Part shown: positions 26,117 through 39,351 of the stretch, piece by piece
How the letters are laid out: each line of letters starts with the position of its first letter
How positions within the stretch are numbered: the stretch's first letter is position 1
Origin: Negaprion brevirostris
Lineage: Eukaryota
Direction: 5' to 3'
DNA length: 64,000 bases
Assembly: GCA_030324005.1 (NCBI GenBank)
Contig: JARDVH010000084.1
Coordinates: 56,246,647 to 56,310,646 of the forward strand
The notes under the pieces: generated by a model
What the model was told of the DNA's origin: nothing
The model's database searches: none
Seen by the model: only the letters and a program-made list of their open reading frames with translations
Translations under genes and position numbers: made by a program

Positions 26117-26721
26117 GAAAGTTGTTAATTGAAGTCTCATCCTCTCCCACAGCCTGATTGATGTTACTGACAAGATTCTGAGGGGTGAATTTGGATTGTA
26201 CAGTCTAAGCTCATTTAATGTGCCTGCTTTAACAGGATGTGTTATGAGCTATCTTTCTTTATCGCTTTCTACCTGGCAACCATCGGTTAAACCTTTTTAA
26301 AAAAATCCAGAGGAGACAGTTCTAAACCTTTCCTCGAGGTAAAATGGATACCGAGTACCTCTAAAATAAAGAGGTTGTGTGTAGGGCATCAGTGCAATGT
26401 CATCTAATATTACATGACAGTCTTTACATAGTACATAGCTTGACATGAAATTATACAGTAGGATTGCCTGAAGGCAAATGAAAGAATCATATCTTTGACA
26501 TCACAGGGGAGAATTATTTTAAGTTTACAAATGATATGCCATGAATATGTGGTTACATGAACAGGCGAAGCGTATGATACGTTACTGGATAGTGTTGTCA
26601 CAATCTGAAAGTGAATCATTCCTAAGCATCAAGATGCAGTATAACCATCCTCCCACATGAATGCCTTCACTCATGGACCAAAACTTTACTGAAGTATCTT
26701 GGATAATTACTTTGACTTGGA

Positions 26722-27005
26722 TGGCATAGTGGCACAGTGGTTAGCACAGCTGCCTCACAGCATCAGGGACCCTGATTCAATTCCCAGCTCGGGTCATTGT
26801 CTGTGCAGAGTTTGCACATTCTTCCCATGTCTGCGTTGGTTTCCTCCCACAGTCCAAAAGACGTGCTGGTTAGGTGCACTGGCTGTGCTAATTTCTCCCT
26901 CGGTGTATCCGAACAGGCACCGGAGTGTAGCGACTAGGGGATTTTCACACTAACTTCATTGCGATGTTAATGTAAGCCAACTTGTGACAGTAATAAATGA
27001 ACTAA
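26722..27005 (+). mobile_element. V-domain SINE with a different 3' tail
   Basis: Same head and V-domain as 19715, but the tail is ...cttcattgcgatgttaatgtaagccaacttgtgacagtaataaa. Confidence 0.8.
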
Positions 27006-27479
27006 ATACTGGTTGAATGGTTGTGTGGATTGAAATTTGGTTGTGAATGCCCTTGGTGTGCAGGAGTGCCATACTGATCCACTTTCCACTGTCCAAATTG
27101 CATGCACTGCAATAAATGTTTTTTTGTCTCTTCTAGGATTAATAGCCATCACTGAAACAGCAGCTCTTCTCCTGACCTTTCTGAGCCAACTTTACAGCTC
27201 AGGTGAATGCCACAAATGTACTCATCAATTTGTTACACTTCCATTTCCTTTCTCGCTCTCTTTTTACCCAAATGTGAACGATGGCAGAGACGTCCAGAGC
27301 AGATCCTAAACAGTTGATGTTTTATGGCAACATTTGAAAATTGTGATTACAACCTCTCACTGGAATACAACTTGATCAATTTGCACTTGAAAACCACACT
27401 CCAAACCCAGAGTGAACTGTTGATTTCAATCCCAACACCGTACGTAGCTACTGTGCCTCAGCTCTGCGATCAGGAACAA

Positions 27480-27860
27480 TTGAACAAGCTGGGGGTTGGG
27501 GGGCTCTTTTTAGAAAAGGAAAGGCTAAGGAGAAACTTAATGAAGGTTTTTACAGTTCCTTAGGAGTTTGAAATGATAGACGAACAGGGATGTCCAAAAT
27601 AAAGACCACAAATATAAGACAGTTACTCATAAATCAAAGAAATTCAGGAGGTACCTCTTTACCTAATGTGGGGCTAGATTGCGTGAATGTGCTAGCACAT
27701 GGAATAACTGAGGTGAATAGATACACTTAAATCAAAGCTAAATGAACATAAAACATTCTGAAAATGAGCTTAGATTAAGTAGAATGGGAGGAGGTTCATG
27801 TGGGGCATAAAACAGTGGCATTGGCCAGTTGGATCGAATGTCCTGTTTCTCTTTTGTAAA
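27480..27860 (+). mobile_element. Old CR1 LINE 3' fragment
   Basis: LFLEKERLRRNLMKVF motif and degenerate tail. Confidence 0.65.
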
Positions 27861-28211
27861 TTCCATTCAAGCTGGCTGCCTGACACCTTCCACAAAAAGA
27901 GGGTGGAGAACTTCAAGATCAATAATTGTGTTTTAAAAGAGACACTCCATTTACTGTACATAGATGCAATAAATTCGTGGCCCAATAGTAAAGGAAGTGC
28001 TGAACTCCCATAACTATGGAGACTACAACTAAGGTCCCAGAGTTGCTTGGAAGAGTGAACTTATCATGAGTCCCAAGGAAAGGAAAGGCTGGATAAAAAT
28101 AACGCTACATTTCTAGACCCATTTAGGTATTGCCAGCTCAGTCTTTTTGGATTTTATCAGGTCATGAAAATCACTAAGACCATTTCAATCTATCTTCCAA
28201 ATGTGGAAGAG

Positions 28212-28286
28212 AACATAAGAAATAGGCGCAGGAGTAGGCCATCTAGCCCTTCGAGCCTGCCCCGCCATTCAATAAGATCATGGCTG
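28212..28286 (-). mobile_element. Young CR1 LINE 3' tail (body probably in the gap)
   Basis: Near-exact reverse complement of 26042-26116. Confidence 0.8.
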
Positions 28287-29260
28287 NNNNNNNNNNNNNN
28301 NNNNNNNNNNNNNNNNNNNNNNNNNNNNNNNNNNNNNNNNNNNNNNNNNNNNNNNNNNNNNNNNNNNNNNNNNNNNNNNNNNNNNNNNNNNNNNNNNNNN
28401 NNNNNNNNNNNNNNNNNNNNNNNNNNNNNNNNNNNNNNNNNNNNNNNNNNNNNNNNNNNNNNNNNNNNNNNNNNNNNNNNNNNNNNNNNNNNNNNNNNNN
28501 NNNNNNNNNNNNNNNNNNNNNNNNNNNNNNNNNNNNNNNNNNNNNNNNNNNNNNNNNNNNNNNNNNNNNNNNNNNNNNNNNNNNNNNNNNNNNNNNNNNN
28601 NNNNNNNNNNNNNNNNNNNNNNNNNNNNNNNNNNNNNNNNNNNNNNNNNNNNNNNNNNNNNNNNNNNNNNNNNNNNNNNNNNNNNNNNNNNNNNNNNNNN
28701 NNNNNNNNNNNNNNNNNNNNNNNNNNNNNNNNNNNNNNNNNNNNNNNNNNNNNNNNNNNNNNNNNNNNNNNNNNNNNNNNNNNNNNNNNNNNNNNNNNNN
28801 NNNNNNNNNNNNNNNNNNNNNNNNNNNNNNNNNNNNNNNNNNNNNNNNNNNNNNNNNNNNNNNNNNNNNNNNNNNNNNNNNNNNNNNNNNNNNNNNNNNN
28901 NNNNNNNNNNNNNNNNNNNNNNNNNNNNNNNNNNNNNNNNNNNNNNNNNNNNNNNNNNNNNNNNNNNNNNNNNNNNNNNNNNNNNNNNNNNNNNNNNNNN
29001 NNNNNNNNNNNNNNNNNNNNNNNNNNNNNNNNNNNNNNNNNNNNNNNNNNNNNNNNNNNNNNNNNNNNNNNNNNNNNNNNNNNNNNNNNNNNNNNNNNNN
29101 NNNNNNNNNNNNNNNNNNNNNNNNNNNNNNNNNNNNNNNNNNNNNNNNNNNNNNNNNNNNNNNNNNNNNNNNNNNNNNNNNNNNNNNNNNNNNNNNNNNN
29201 NNNNNNNNNNNNNNNNNNNNNNNNNNNNNNNNNNNNNNNNNNNNNNNNNNNNNNNNNNNC

Positions 29261-29309
29261 TGAGTTAGCATTGGAAGGATTAGGCCATGGTCGTCCAGCT
29301 CCTGGGCCC
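29261..29309 (-). CDS. SSBP3: SSBP3 coding exon (exon 11 equivalent): (M)GPGAGRPWPNPSNANS
   Basis: Acceptor tttcgttgcag; 49 nt; only the G of the donor (29260) is visible before an N gap. Confidence 0.93.
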
Positions 29310-29657
29310 CTGCAACGAAAATATATTAAAAGCATTTATTTTCTCAATGCATTAACTCTCACAACAATTCTTGCAGCACTAAATCAGAGCTGCTTTCATT
29401 AAATCTTTCCTTGTCTTTATCATAATTTAAGATTCCATTACAACTAAATTTACCTTTGGCATTAAAGTTTCAAACTCTCCAAAAATGTTAGAAGAGAAAG
29501 TTAAAAATATATCCAATTTTCCTCACTTAAGGTTTGGAAACATGCAACTGAAGTCAGCAAAGGAAATGGTTATGTCTTGCAAAGTGATCACTGATGTCAG
29601 TAAAAGTTTAAAATCGACTTTCCCCAATTTTAACAATCATTTATCTGAAACACTTAC

Positions 29658-29722
29658 ATGTTCATTCCAGCCATGCCTGGACCTATTGAATTGGGGGGAG
29701 GTCTCATTGAGCCGCCGTAGTT
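29658..29722 (-). CDS. SSBP3: SSBP3 coding exon (exon 10 equivalent): NYGGSMRPPPNSIGPGMAGMN(M)
   Basis: Acceptor gttgcag, donor gtaagt; 65 nt, phase 0-2. Confidence 0.95.
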
Positions 29723-31514
29723 CTGCAACGATAACCAAGGATCAGACTACCATTACGAGAAGGAAAGCAGAGATGGGGATGGAAGGGAAGAAAAACAGAA
29801 TGTTAATTGCTAAGTTATCATGCAAGTCCCAGGAATTGAGCTAAAAAGAAAACAAGTTGAAATCAACAAATTCATGTACTACTTCAAAGTTTACTTTTGG
29901 GCAGTTTGCAAACCGATGGAGAATTTTGTTTCCATCGTCTCATTAATCCCCTCCAACTCGGACCTCGGCAGCAGTGAAGATTTAGCTCAATCTTACACCC
30001 AATAAATTCAATTAGTGCAGTCATTTTCCTTTGTTTCTATTTGTGAAATGATTTTCCTCTTCCAGATTATAACACTGATCAGGCATGAAAGGGTTAACTT
30101 GGTGTAAGAATCAACCAACTTTGATACTGGGTATGCTGATTTGCTACAAAACATCGTATTTTCTAAATATATAATTTCTACTAAATGTTCACTGCTACCA
30201 CCCGAATAGTAAACGGTGCAGTTCTGTGGTAATACACGATTCCCTTTATTCAGGCACTGAATTGGCATTTTCACAATTAAGAATGTATAAAAAAATCCTG
30301 AGAACATTTTTAGCTATCACTTCTGCCTAATAACTTGCACAATTGGACTTCTGAAAACACAACGTTCCAAAGGCACTTTACTGAGTAGTAAGAGAAATTG
30401 AACACCAATCCCCAAGGGACAGCACTGAGGTGTGATTCAGGTTTGAATGCAAAGATGGATTGAGCTTGAGAAAAGTGGAGAGGCTTGAATCAGAGGCTGA
30501 AGCTTCTGAGAAATAGCAATCACTGCTGGATTGCTGCTCTGCAACTCTGTTCCGCATTCTGGCCAGGTCTTCAGAACCTGGCTACTTCAGAAATGCAGAG
30601 CAATCTTTCACCAAACCACTTCCTCATAATGCTGGATCTTTCCAGATTAAGCTACCACTACTGCATAGGGCTAACACTAACACTGAAAAGCTTTGGGAAA
30701 TCTAACCAACTTTTTCAACGTGATAGTGACTGGGTGAACTTGTAGATGGGCAGAGTAGCAGCTGGGAAGGGTACACAGGTCAGGGGGGGTAGTCTGTGGC
30801 CAGTGAAGGATTCATGTGGTGCGGGTTAGGCACTGGGCAAGTTGGGATTGGGGTGATAGGGGTAGGAAGAGATGCCAGTTTTATGGTTACCCAAGGATTT
30901 TCTAACATTTCCTGGGTTACTACCCAGGTAAATAAGTTGGAATGGTCTGCAGGGAGTCAGAGACTTTGTTGGAAGGTCCCAAGCAGCAGGGGAACTGCCC
31001 ATTGGAAGTTCAAACCTCCAGGGCAATTCCCACAGAATCAGCGCATTGGGACGTCTGCATGGTCCAAAGCACATCCTAGAATTCCATCTGGTCTTTAACA
31101 ACCTGGAAAATCAGATCTAGGCCAGGGGTTCAACATGTTAGGTTTAGGTAGCTGAAAGACTTGTAACTAGCCATGGGATAGGAAAGATGAATGTACAGAG
31201 GTCCAGAGTGACAATACTGAAGAACATGGGAGTGAGGAGCTGCAGAGGTAGGGTGGAGGGCATAGAAATGTGCAATGAGGAGGTTATCAAAAGACACAGA
31301 CACCAAGTGCCAGTAGAAGCCTACAAAGACAGAATTGATACAAGAATGGGCTTGTTCATCGTAGGAAGCAATATTTTGGATACTGGAATTTAAGGAAGCG
31401 AAGGCAAAAGGAAAACAGTCGGCCAACATGATGCAACATACAGCAATGAGATAATCTGCTTTGGTAACGTGAGTCGAGGGATGAGTATTGTCAAGAGAAT
31501 TCTCCAGCTCCCCG

Positions 31515-31824
31515 GGGCAGCAGCGGGGTTAGCACTGCTGCCTCACAGCGCCCGGGACCCAGGTTCAATTCCCGCCTCGGGTCACTGTCTGTGTGAAGTT
31601 TGCACTTTCTCCCCGTGTCTGCATGGGTTTCCTCTGGATGCTCCGATTTCCTCCCAGAGTCAAAAAGTGTGCGGATTAGGTTGATTGGCTGTGCTAAACT
31701 GACCCTAGTGTCGGGGAAATTAGCAGGGTAAATGTGGGTTATGGGAATAGGGCTTAGTTGGGATTATGGTCAGTATAGACTATATGGGCAAAATGACCAC
31801 CTTCTGTACTTCATGGATTCTATG
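31515..31824 (+). mobile_element. V-domain SINE (HE1-like)
   Basis: B-box GGTTCAATTCCC, V-domain and tail as in 19715. Confidence 0.85.
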
Positions 31825-32298
31825 GTGACATAGCAACTTCGCAAGCCCATCTGAAAGTCTTCAGTTTAACATCTCATTAAAAATAGCATCTCTAACAATG
31901 CAGCACTTCCTCAGGCTGGCATTGCCAGGATAAGCATAGATCATGTGCTCAACTTTCTGGAATGGGAATGGGAACATCACTTTCCAACTCAAGCAAATAC
32001 AATGAGCCAACGCTGACAGGGAAATATTCATTCTGGCTGCTATTTTCTCCTTTCTTGGATTAGGGGTACTGTGAACAACTGTTGTCACACCTCAACTTCA
32101 AATCAGCGTTTAAACAATCTGACTGATCTACACAATCTAAATGCTCAAATTGCAAAACTTATCATGGAAAGAGAGAAACTGGAAGAGAGAAGGTTAATCA
32201 GACATGCCTACTGATGGGTATCAAAAATTAAAGAAGAATGTTTCAGTACAAGAAAGTTCAGACAATAGCTGAAAAACTCCAGCCCCTGTACTGCCTAC

Positions 32299-32372
32299 CT
32301 GCTGTCCCATTGGGCCCATTCCTCGTGGAGGAGGATTCATTCTCTGCATTGGTCCACCCATACCAGGGTGCC
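32299..32372 (-). CDS. SSBP3: SSBP3 coding exon (exon 9 equivalent): (G)HPGMGGPMQRMNPPPRGMGPMGQQ
   Basis: Acceptor ttcgacag, donor gtaggc; 74 nt, phase 1-0; follows an 84-nt intron. Confidence 0.95.
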
Positions 32373-32456
32373 CTGTCGAAGGGAGAAGAAAATCACATTA
32401 TATGCACAGCACAGACGTATTTCTAAAACCTAGGTGGCACTGCGAACACATCTCAC

Positions 32457-32523
32457 CTTGCTGTCGTGTGGGATCCAATGTGTTGGGTAGCAATGGCTGT
32501 GCACCTGGAACACCACCTGGGGG
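32457..32523 (-). CDS. SSBP3: SSBP3 coding exon (exon 8 equivalent): PPGGVPGAQPLLPNTLDPTRQQ(G)
   Basis: Acceptor ttttcag, donor gtgaga; 67 nt, phase 0-1. Confidence 0.96.
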
Positions 32524-35500
32524 CTGAAAACAATTTCAGCGTTAGTATGCAGCATCCAATTTCAGAACAACTGTCATTACTTGAGCTCAAAATGAGAGAT
32601 ACACGAATGCTTGTGCTTTGGGTGGTGGCAGAAAAGGAGACGGGGGAAATGTGAGTGAGGAGGGAGCAAAGTGAGAGCGAGTGATGGAAATGAACCAGGT
32701 AAAGAGAAAATCAACACTAAAGGATCCCACTCCCAACTCAATACTCCCAGATATGTACGCTTCCAGCAATCAACAATTTTCCATAAATGCACGCCTTCAA
32801 TTTGGAGATATAAAACCCAATAAATATTGTACAGAAAGTTGAATAATAAAACCATGATGAAACAAAATAAATAAATGCGCAAGTAATTAAGTTACTCCAT
32901 CCCCATTCTAATGTTTTCCCCCTCTTCTGCTGATGATTGTGTTTCTTTTCAGGCTATGGAGTCATAAGGTGCTTGCAAGTCTTCACCAATTTTCCCAAAT
33001 CACCTAGCCAGTGAGTGTTAGTTGGCTGGTCGAACTGTTGAGAGAATCACAAACCAGCCTAATCCTGATCTCTCCCAATCTCGTCATTTTCCCCTCGAAG
33101 CTTCTAGAATAATTCATTACAGGAATCCTTACAGTTTTTGCCACCCCCCACTTCCCATCTCATGGAATCATAGAAATTTATAGCACAGAATTACACCTCA
33201 TTTGGCCTCCTGTATGATTTGAGGTAAATCATCAGACATGGACTAGGCCACCTGGCCTACAGGGCTTGGCTCGGCACTGAACTATCTGAACAGCCACGCT
33301 TCTTTCTTTTGTGTACTTTGTCAGAACTTAGTTCCACTAGAGAAGAACATACAAACAAAAACAAGCGCTTGACAAATGAACAAAGTTTAGCCTTGGGTTT
33401 TTAAAAAAAATGAAATGGCCTGGTATCAGAGATATTATTCAGAAATTATATTTCCTTAACCATCAAGTTAACACACGAGCCGTTTATTGGATTAATGGGA
33501 GATTCGTATCCAATCCACTGTCAGGGAAATTCCCCACACCCACCAAAAAAAATTGATTCCAAACCATCACAAATCTAAACAAACTGGATAAAGATTAGAA
33601 AATGTGGCCAAAACAATTATTTTGGCAGCATAACAAATAGCGCATTGTTGCAGAATCATGAGCTCAGCAACAATTCTGGCTGGGTGCACCTGGTTGTTAA
33701 TGGTTGAAAATATCCTATGCTGCACAACTAGAATTTTCTCCAAATTTGACGGCAAAAAAATAGACATGCATGTTAACCACTGAAAAAGTCTTAACCAATT
33801 AGTGTACATAAGCACACTATATAAACCCCACATATCTCACTGCACTCAGTTGGATAGGTCAGTCAGCACTTCTGTTGCTACTGCCCTGTTACTCAGTGTG
33901 TACATCAGTCACTGAAACACGCTCGCTTGGGTGCAGTGCAGTGCAGCACAGCACAACAAGGTCACTCTCCTAACAGACTCATGGAAGAGCCTGGAGCCAT
34001 GTAAGGTTCACCTTAGCTTCATTTATGGTTCTCAGTAGGCTTTCTGCTCAATCTGCTTCTACAATTCTATTCATGGCCAAACTAGTTATGGAATAGCAGA
34101 CTGAACAAAAATTCAACACTGCCCCCTCTTCATTTCTTGCTCTGAGTGGATTACTCCACTTTCTGAAAAAAAATAAAGTTCTATTAAAATTAAACTTGGG
34201 CGACACTCAACCTGACTTTGAGTGACTTGGCAGCTGCCCTCTCCGATCTGATTGTACTAGATGCGCATCCTTCAGGAGACCCTATTTTTATATTCCACCT
34301 ATCCACAGCACACCATTCCAGAATAACCCTCAAATAAAATATTCACGAACATGGTGTTCCTGGAGATAGAGCCAAGTGAACACGGCAAAACCAATGCAAC
34401 AACTGAACTGATAGCAAATCCTTCTTGCAGTTTGAACACTTTAGAGGAGCAGAAACCCCTAATAGAATCCAATTCACTCCATGAAGAAAGGAAAGTGAAA
34501 GTCTGAAATGCAGCACCAGAAGTTATTTAATCCTGCCCAGGAGGAGAGGGGGGTCTCTGGAGATGATACTCTAGCCATCAGCTGACATCCACTAAAGAAA
34601 TAATGAACAAGTTTTGTGCGATAGAGGGAAATGGATGCAGCATTTCATCAAGTCTTGGGTCATACAGCTTTAGAGCACAGAAAGAGGCCCTTTGGCCCAT
34701 TGTGTAATAATGGATGCTGGGAGCAGGAGCAGATCACAAGGACTGTGTTCACACTCTGGAAATAAAACTGCTGACTGACATTTTGAAGAAACCCTCAAGT
34801 TAAAAGGATGATGGGAAAAGCACCATCTTTATTGGTTAGGTTCGTTGTTAAAAAGTTGTATAGCATAGCTAAACTCATTTAAAATCAATTTGGGTAGCTT
34901 TCATTTCAGTTGCCAGTGAAATTAAACCTTTCCTTCTTAATGGCAAAAGCTTCCATTTAAGAAGTGCTGGGGAAGGGAAAAGGTGATGGAGGGAGGAGGA
35001 TAGGAAACTAACTGATTAAAGAGATAACATACCAAACAGCTCTCGTAGTGACGTTGAGATCATTTTTGGAAGTGTACCGATTTCCCATTCCTGCACACCC
35101 AGGAGCTACTGAACAGTGGAGGGGGTTAGGATCAGACTAAGCTGTGATGCTATCACAGTTGAAATACCTGCACTTGCTGTCCCAACTAACAATTGAAAAA
35201 ATAGTCATTTGAAGGAATACCAGAGGATTGCTAATGGTCCTAGAAAAATGTCTCTCGTGGGTCACCTAGGGAGCATTTGGAGGACATGGGGAGGCAGACA
35301 ATCCAAACATTTAGGTGCTACAATGTTGTGCTTTAATTGAAGGAATAGAGTGGCAAGCCACAAATAACAATACACAGTCTTTTAAATCCAAGGTGCACCT
35401 CAATGCCCAGTTTAGGTACCATGAGTTTTTCAAATAAAATTGTGCAGCCAGAGCAAAGATGCTCTCATTAACATTGCCAAGTCTTAACAAAATCAATACA

Positions 35501-35829
35501 CCATGCAAGTAACTAAGGAGGCTTTCAGCTGGAATTCCCACAGGTTATATTGCTGCAGCGATAGGGTACTATACATTTCAACATATTTTTACTGCAAGCA
35601 ATATTCCTCAGTATAATTCCTCAGATAAAAATCGCTACTTTGACAACTTGCATCAGTATTTGAAATTCAGAAGGGGAACCAGTGACACTGGTGTCAAACT
35701 TCATACGAGCATGCAAAGAGAGCAGCTCTATGTCTTTACAAATCCAACATTCAAACCAACTGAGGTTACAGCACATAATATTTGTGTAAGAAGTGCACTG
35801 AGCACAACACGGGTCACACACAGAAAACC

Positions 35830-36570
35830 ATTCTGAATTAACAAAACAGGTACATTTGGGTATTAAATGATTAAAAAGTTAAGAATGGGGAGCACCAAAA
35901 AAGTTTAGAAATCCATGTGCACAGGTCTCTAAAACGCAGTTGTCAGGCAAAAGCAATCAGAAGTAGTAACAGAATGTTAGTCTTTAAAACCACAGGATTA
36001 GAATATTAATGGAATAAACTTCTCCGCAGCAAAACAAAGCCCTGGTTAGTCCACATCTCAAAGTACTCTGCACAGTTCTGCGTGATGCATTTGAGAGACC
36101 ATATAGCTGCCTTGGCAGGAGTGTAGCAGAGATTTACCAAATCATTACCAGAATTCCAAGGGTTAGGATTTTAGGAAAGAATACGTTGACTCTGCTTGTA
36201 CTCATTGGCAAATAGATGGTTATGGGGTAATTTGATTGAAGTGTTTAGTATTTAAAAAGATATTGGCAGGGTAGATAGAGAGAAACTTTTCCATTGGCGG
36301 AGAGAATTTAGAATAAGGAAAGATACCCTGAAAGTCAGCCAGACCATTCGGCAGAGAAGCTAAGGAATACTTCTTCGTGCAAAGGGTGGGGATAAAGAGC
36401 AGTCTAAAAAAGTGAATGCTCTCAGTTATGCTAGTTGTTCAAGAAATCCTTTAAAATCTGATGGTTAGATTGTTGCTAGACAAGGTAGAAAGCACACAGT
36501 CATGGTCTCATTAAATGGCAAAACAGACTAGAGGGCATGAAAAGCCTAGTCCTAATCCGATATTTCTAAC
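35830..36570 (+). mobile_element. Old CR1 LINE 3' fragment
   Basis: Degenerate KALVSPHL.YSAQF and WGNLIEVF motifs plus tail. Confidence 0.7.
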
Positions 36571-36673
36571 ACTCATTCAGTAGTAAACAACTTTGGCAAG
36601 CCAGTTAATTAAATACAGTTACACGATGGGAACATTAAGCGTAGCAATGTTAGAAGCATAGTGGGTACAGTAC

Positions 36674-36733
36674 CTGGCTTCCCATTCTGATGGGGGGCCT
36701 TGGACCTCCTGCGTATCGTGGTGACATAAAAGG
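36674..36733 (-). CDS. SSBP3: SSBP3 coding exon (exon 7 equivalent): PFMSPRYAGGPRPPIRMGSQ
   Basis: Translation matches SSBP3; acceptor ttgcag, donor gtactg; 60 nt. Confidence 0.96.
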
Positions 36734-39270
36734 CTGCAATCACACAGAATTAGTTAAATCTACAATCAGCTAAAATCCTAACAGTTTAATCTGCATAGTG
36801 GAAAACCTGTAAACTCACGCAACAATTTGTAAAAAATATGACCAAAGCCAAAGCAAGTGATTTGGTGCTGGGTGATACATTATGTCAAATCCTTTGAATT
36901 CCTGCACTGTGGGGACAGCACAATTTGCTATCCAACTATTGTGATTTTGAACAAAAGGTCCTGAAGGAAATGAAAATAGAAGTTTTGAGTGATATATCAC
37001 TGCTGGCAATAAATCACTTGCCTGAGCCAATGCTTGTGCTCTGGATCTGCACCAAATTGATGAGGACTTTGAGATGACATAAAAAGGAAGATTGTAACTC
37101 ACTTTTTAAATAATATGCTATCGTTCTAAAAACTCAATTTCCCTCCAAATGCCCCAATGAACAGCACTACAATAAATAAAGTTAAACAAAGATTAGATAC
37201 TATACACTGAAACTCAATTTCCCTGATCGTCCAAAAAAAGGAGCCTCGTAGCTTTAAAATTGAACCACCTTGATTCACAGAGTAGCAAACTGATTGGGAT
37301 AATTAAGCTACATATCCTACTCATCAGTGGTGATTGATACAGTAGAAAGGTGACTTCTGGCAGAATAAGGAACCTGCCCACTGCCCAGGACACCTTCACA
37401 AGCCAGTTCTGTCAGAATTACACTTTAGGAACTAGACTCAACTCCAAAAGTTGCAAAGGAAAACAGATCAATGTAACTCAATCTCTGTTCAGTTACAAAG
37501 AACTTGTTTCATATTACAAACTTAAAATGGAAACTAAGCAAATTTACAAACCAATTTTCTGAAGTCTATGTTTACAGACACTATTTCAATATAGGTGAAG
37601 CTGCAATAAAATTTAAACTGAAGCAAAATACTGCGAATATTGGACATCTGAAGTCTTTTTAAAAAAGAGTTAAAAAATAAATTCTCAGGTCCCTCGTGAA
37701 ATATATGTAACATTCACCAAAGAGGTAAATCTCAGCATAAATGCCAATTTTTGTGTGAAATACTCTTTTTGGAAATATAGCCAGAATGAGAAAGGGAAAC
37801 TTGTGAAGAATTGCTGGCTTCTCTTGGGCACCTTTTCCTGACAGGATTGGAGAAGCTAAAGAACAAGGGAGCCAAGAGGGCAGCAACATTAAAATCAATA
37901 TGAAAAAAAGTCATCCAGATTTCTTGCTGGAATAAAGTGACCATGTTTAGTCATGACCACTAATAGTTTCTTAAAATATTATTTTTAGCATAATAAATTT
38001 GAATTTATATACATATTCATATTTAGGTCCATCAGGAGTACTAATGGTTTCTCGTTTGACTTGTATTGAATCCTTGCATTGAAACACGAGTTAAAAATAC
38101 ACAACCTTCCAGGCAATGAGCTCAATATAATGGATGCTGTGGCTGAGGAACTCGAGTGATTAAGAGTTTGATAGCAATGATGTGATGGTATTCCTGCAAG
38201 ACGGCTATTAATAGGAATTGTACATTTTATATGGACACACAGGTATACACACAGACATATACACACACCAAGCTGTCAACACTTCACATACATTTTTGGA
38301 ACACAGTTGCAAATCAAAATACTGGCCCAGTATCAAGGCAGTGATCTGCTCACTAGGCTGAATACACATAAAAGCATTTATAAATCAGAAAAGGAAAAAT
38401 TACAGAAAGGCAAATCTGGTTATCCCAGGAGTGAACCTTCCTAACTCCCCTGGATCACTTAGTTTTGACCATCAGGCAAAATTGAAATAGCAAAAAGACT
38501 CTAAATAAAAACAGAAGTAATTGGACTTTCCATCTGGAGTTGCACATATTCCTACTATGCTGAGCCAAACTGATAAACGTGCAACTTTAAGATGAGGGTT
38601 TCACTCTGCCCAATGGCTCAATGGTTAAATGCACCATAAGGGATGATACTGAACCCTGTAGACCAAGTAGTCCAAGGTTTAGATTATGGACTGTGCCAAA
38701 TTAGCCTAGCTCAGTTAAGGCAAAGCATTAGTTCTACTCTTGAAAAGGCGGATAATGGGAGAAAAAGATGGTGTAAGATGGGTCAGAATGAGGGGTTGGA
38801 AGAACAAAAATGGGCCTGGCTTCCTGCTTCTGTTCACTAGCCTTTGGTTCTAGTGGACAAGAATGCGCATTTGTGTGAACGGCAGGTCAGAACTGGACTT
38901 GGTTATGATGCCTTCTAGGGCAAACAACCTCCTCACATTCAACAAGAATCAGAATGGCCATTTGAGCACATTATCAACAGGTAGCCAACATAACGGAACC
39001 TCACCCAGCATGCCTTTAGCAGAGGGCATGGGAGCTGTAGGGAAGAAAACCTGAACATTAAAAAAAATGCATGACCTGTGAGTTGACAGAAGCACAAATA
39101 AAATCCATCTAATTTAAAAGAACCCTAAATGGAAGTTTCACTTCTGAGGACAACCTGATCAAGAGTCTAGCATATAAGACAACAGCAAGCAAAGTCAAAT
39201 CATTAGTCAAATGTAGTAACTCTTGCCCCTTCTGAATTAAAGAACCCAAGCAATTGCACCAGCTCATTAC

Positions 39271-39351
39271 CTGATTGTGGGGTCCCATCATGTTGTTAGG
39301 ATTGTGAGGAGGCGGCTGTGTATGTGGCGAGGGCTGAGAACCTGGGGGTCC
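39271..39351 (-). CDS. SSBP3: SSBP3 coding exon (exon 6 equivalent): GPPGSQPSPHTQPPPHNPNNMMGPHNQ
   Basis: Matches human GPPGSQPSPHAQPPPHNPSSMMGPHSQ; acceptor ctctcgcag after a pyrimidine tract, donor gtaatg; 81 nt, symmetric. Confidence 0.95.

Noticed and set aside
28164-29402. Long ORFs of 240-412 aa in the track (also 47974-48921 and 57981-58774)
   Set aside because: They are runs of X across N gaps; only the 49-nt SSBP3 exon at 29261-29309 is real coding sequence.
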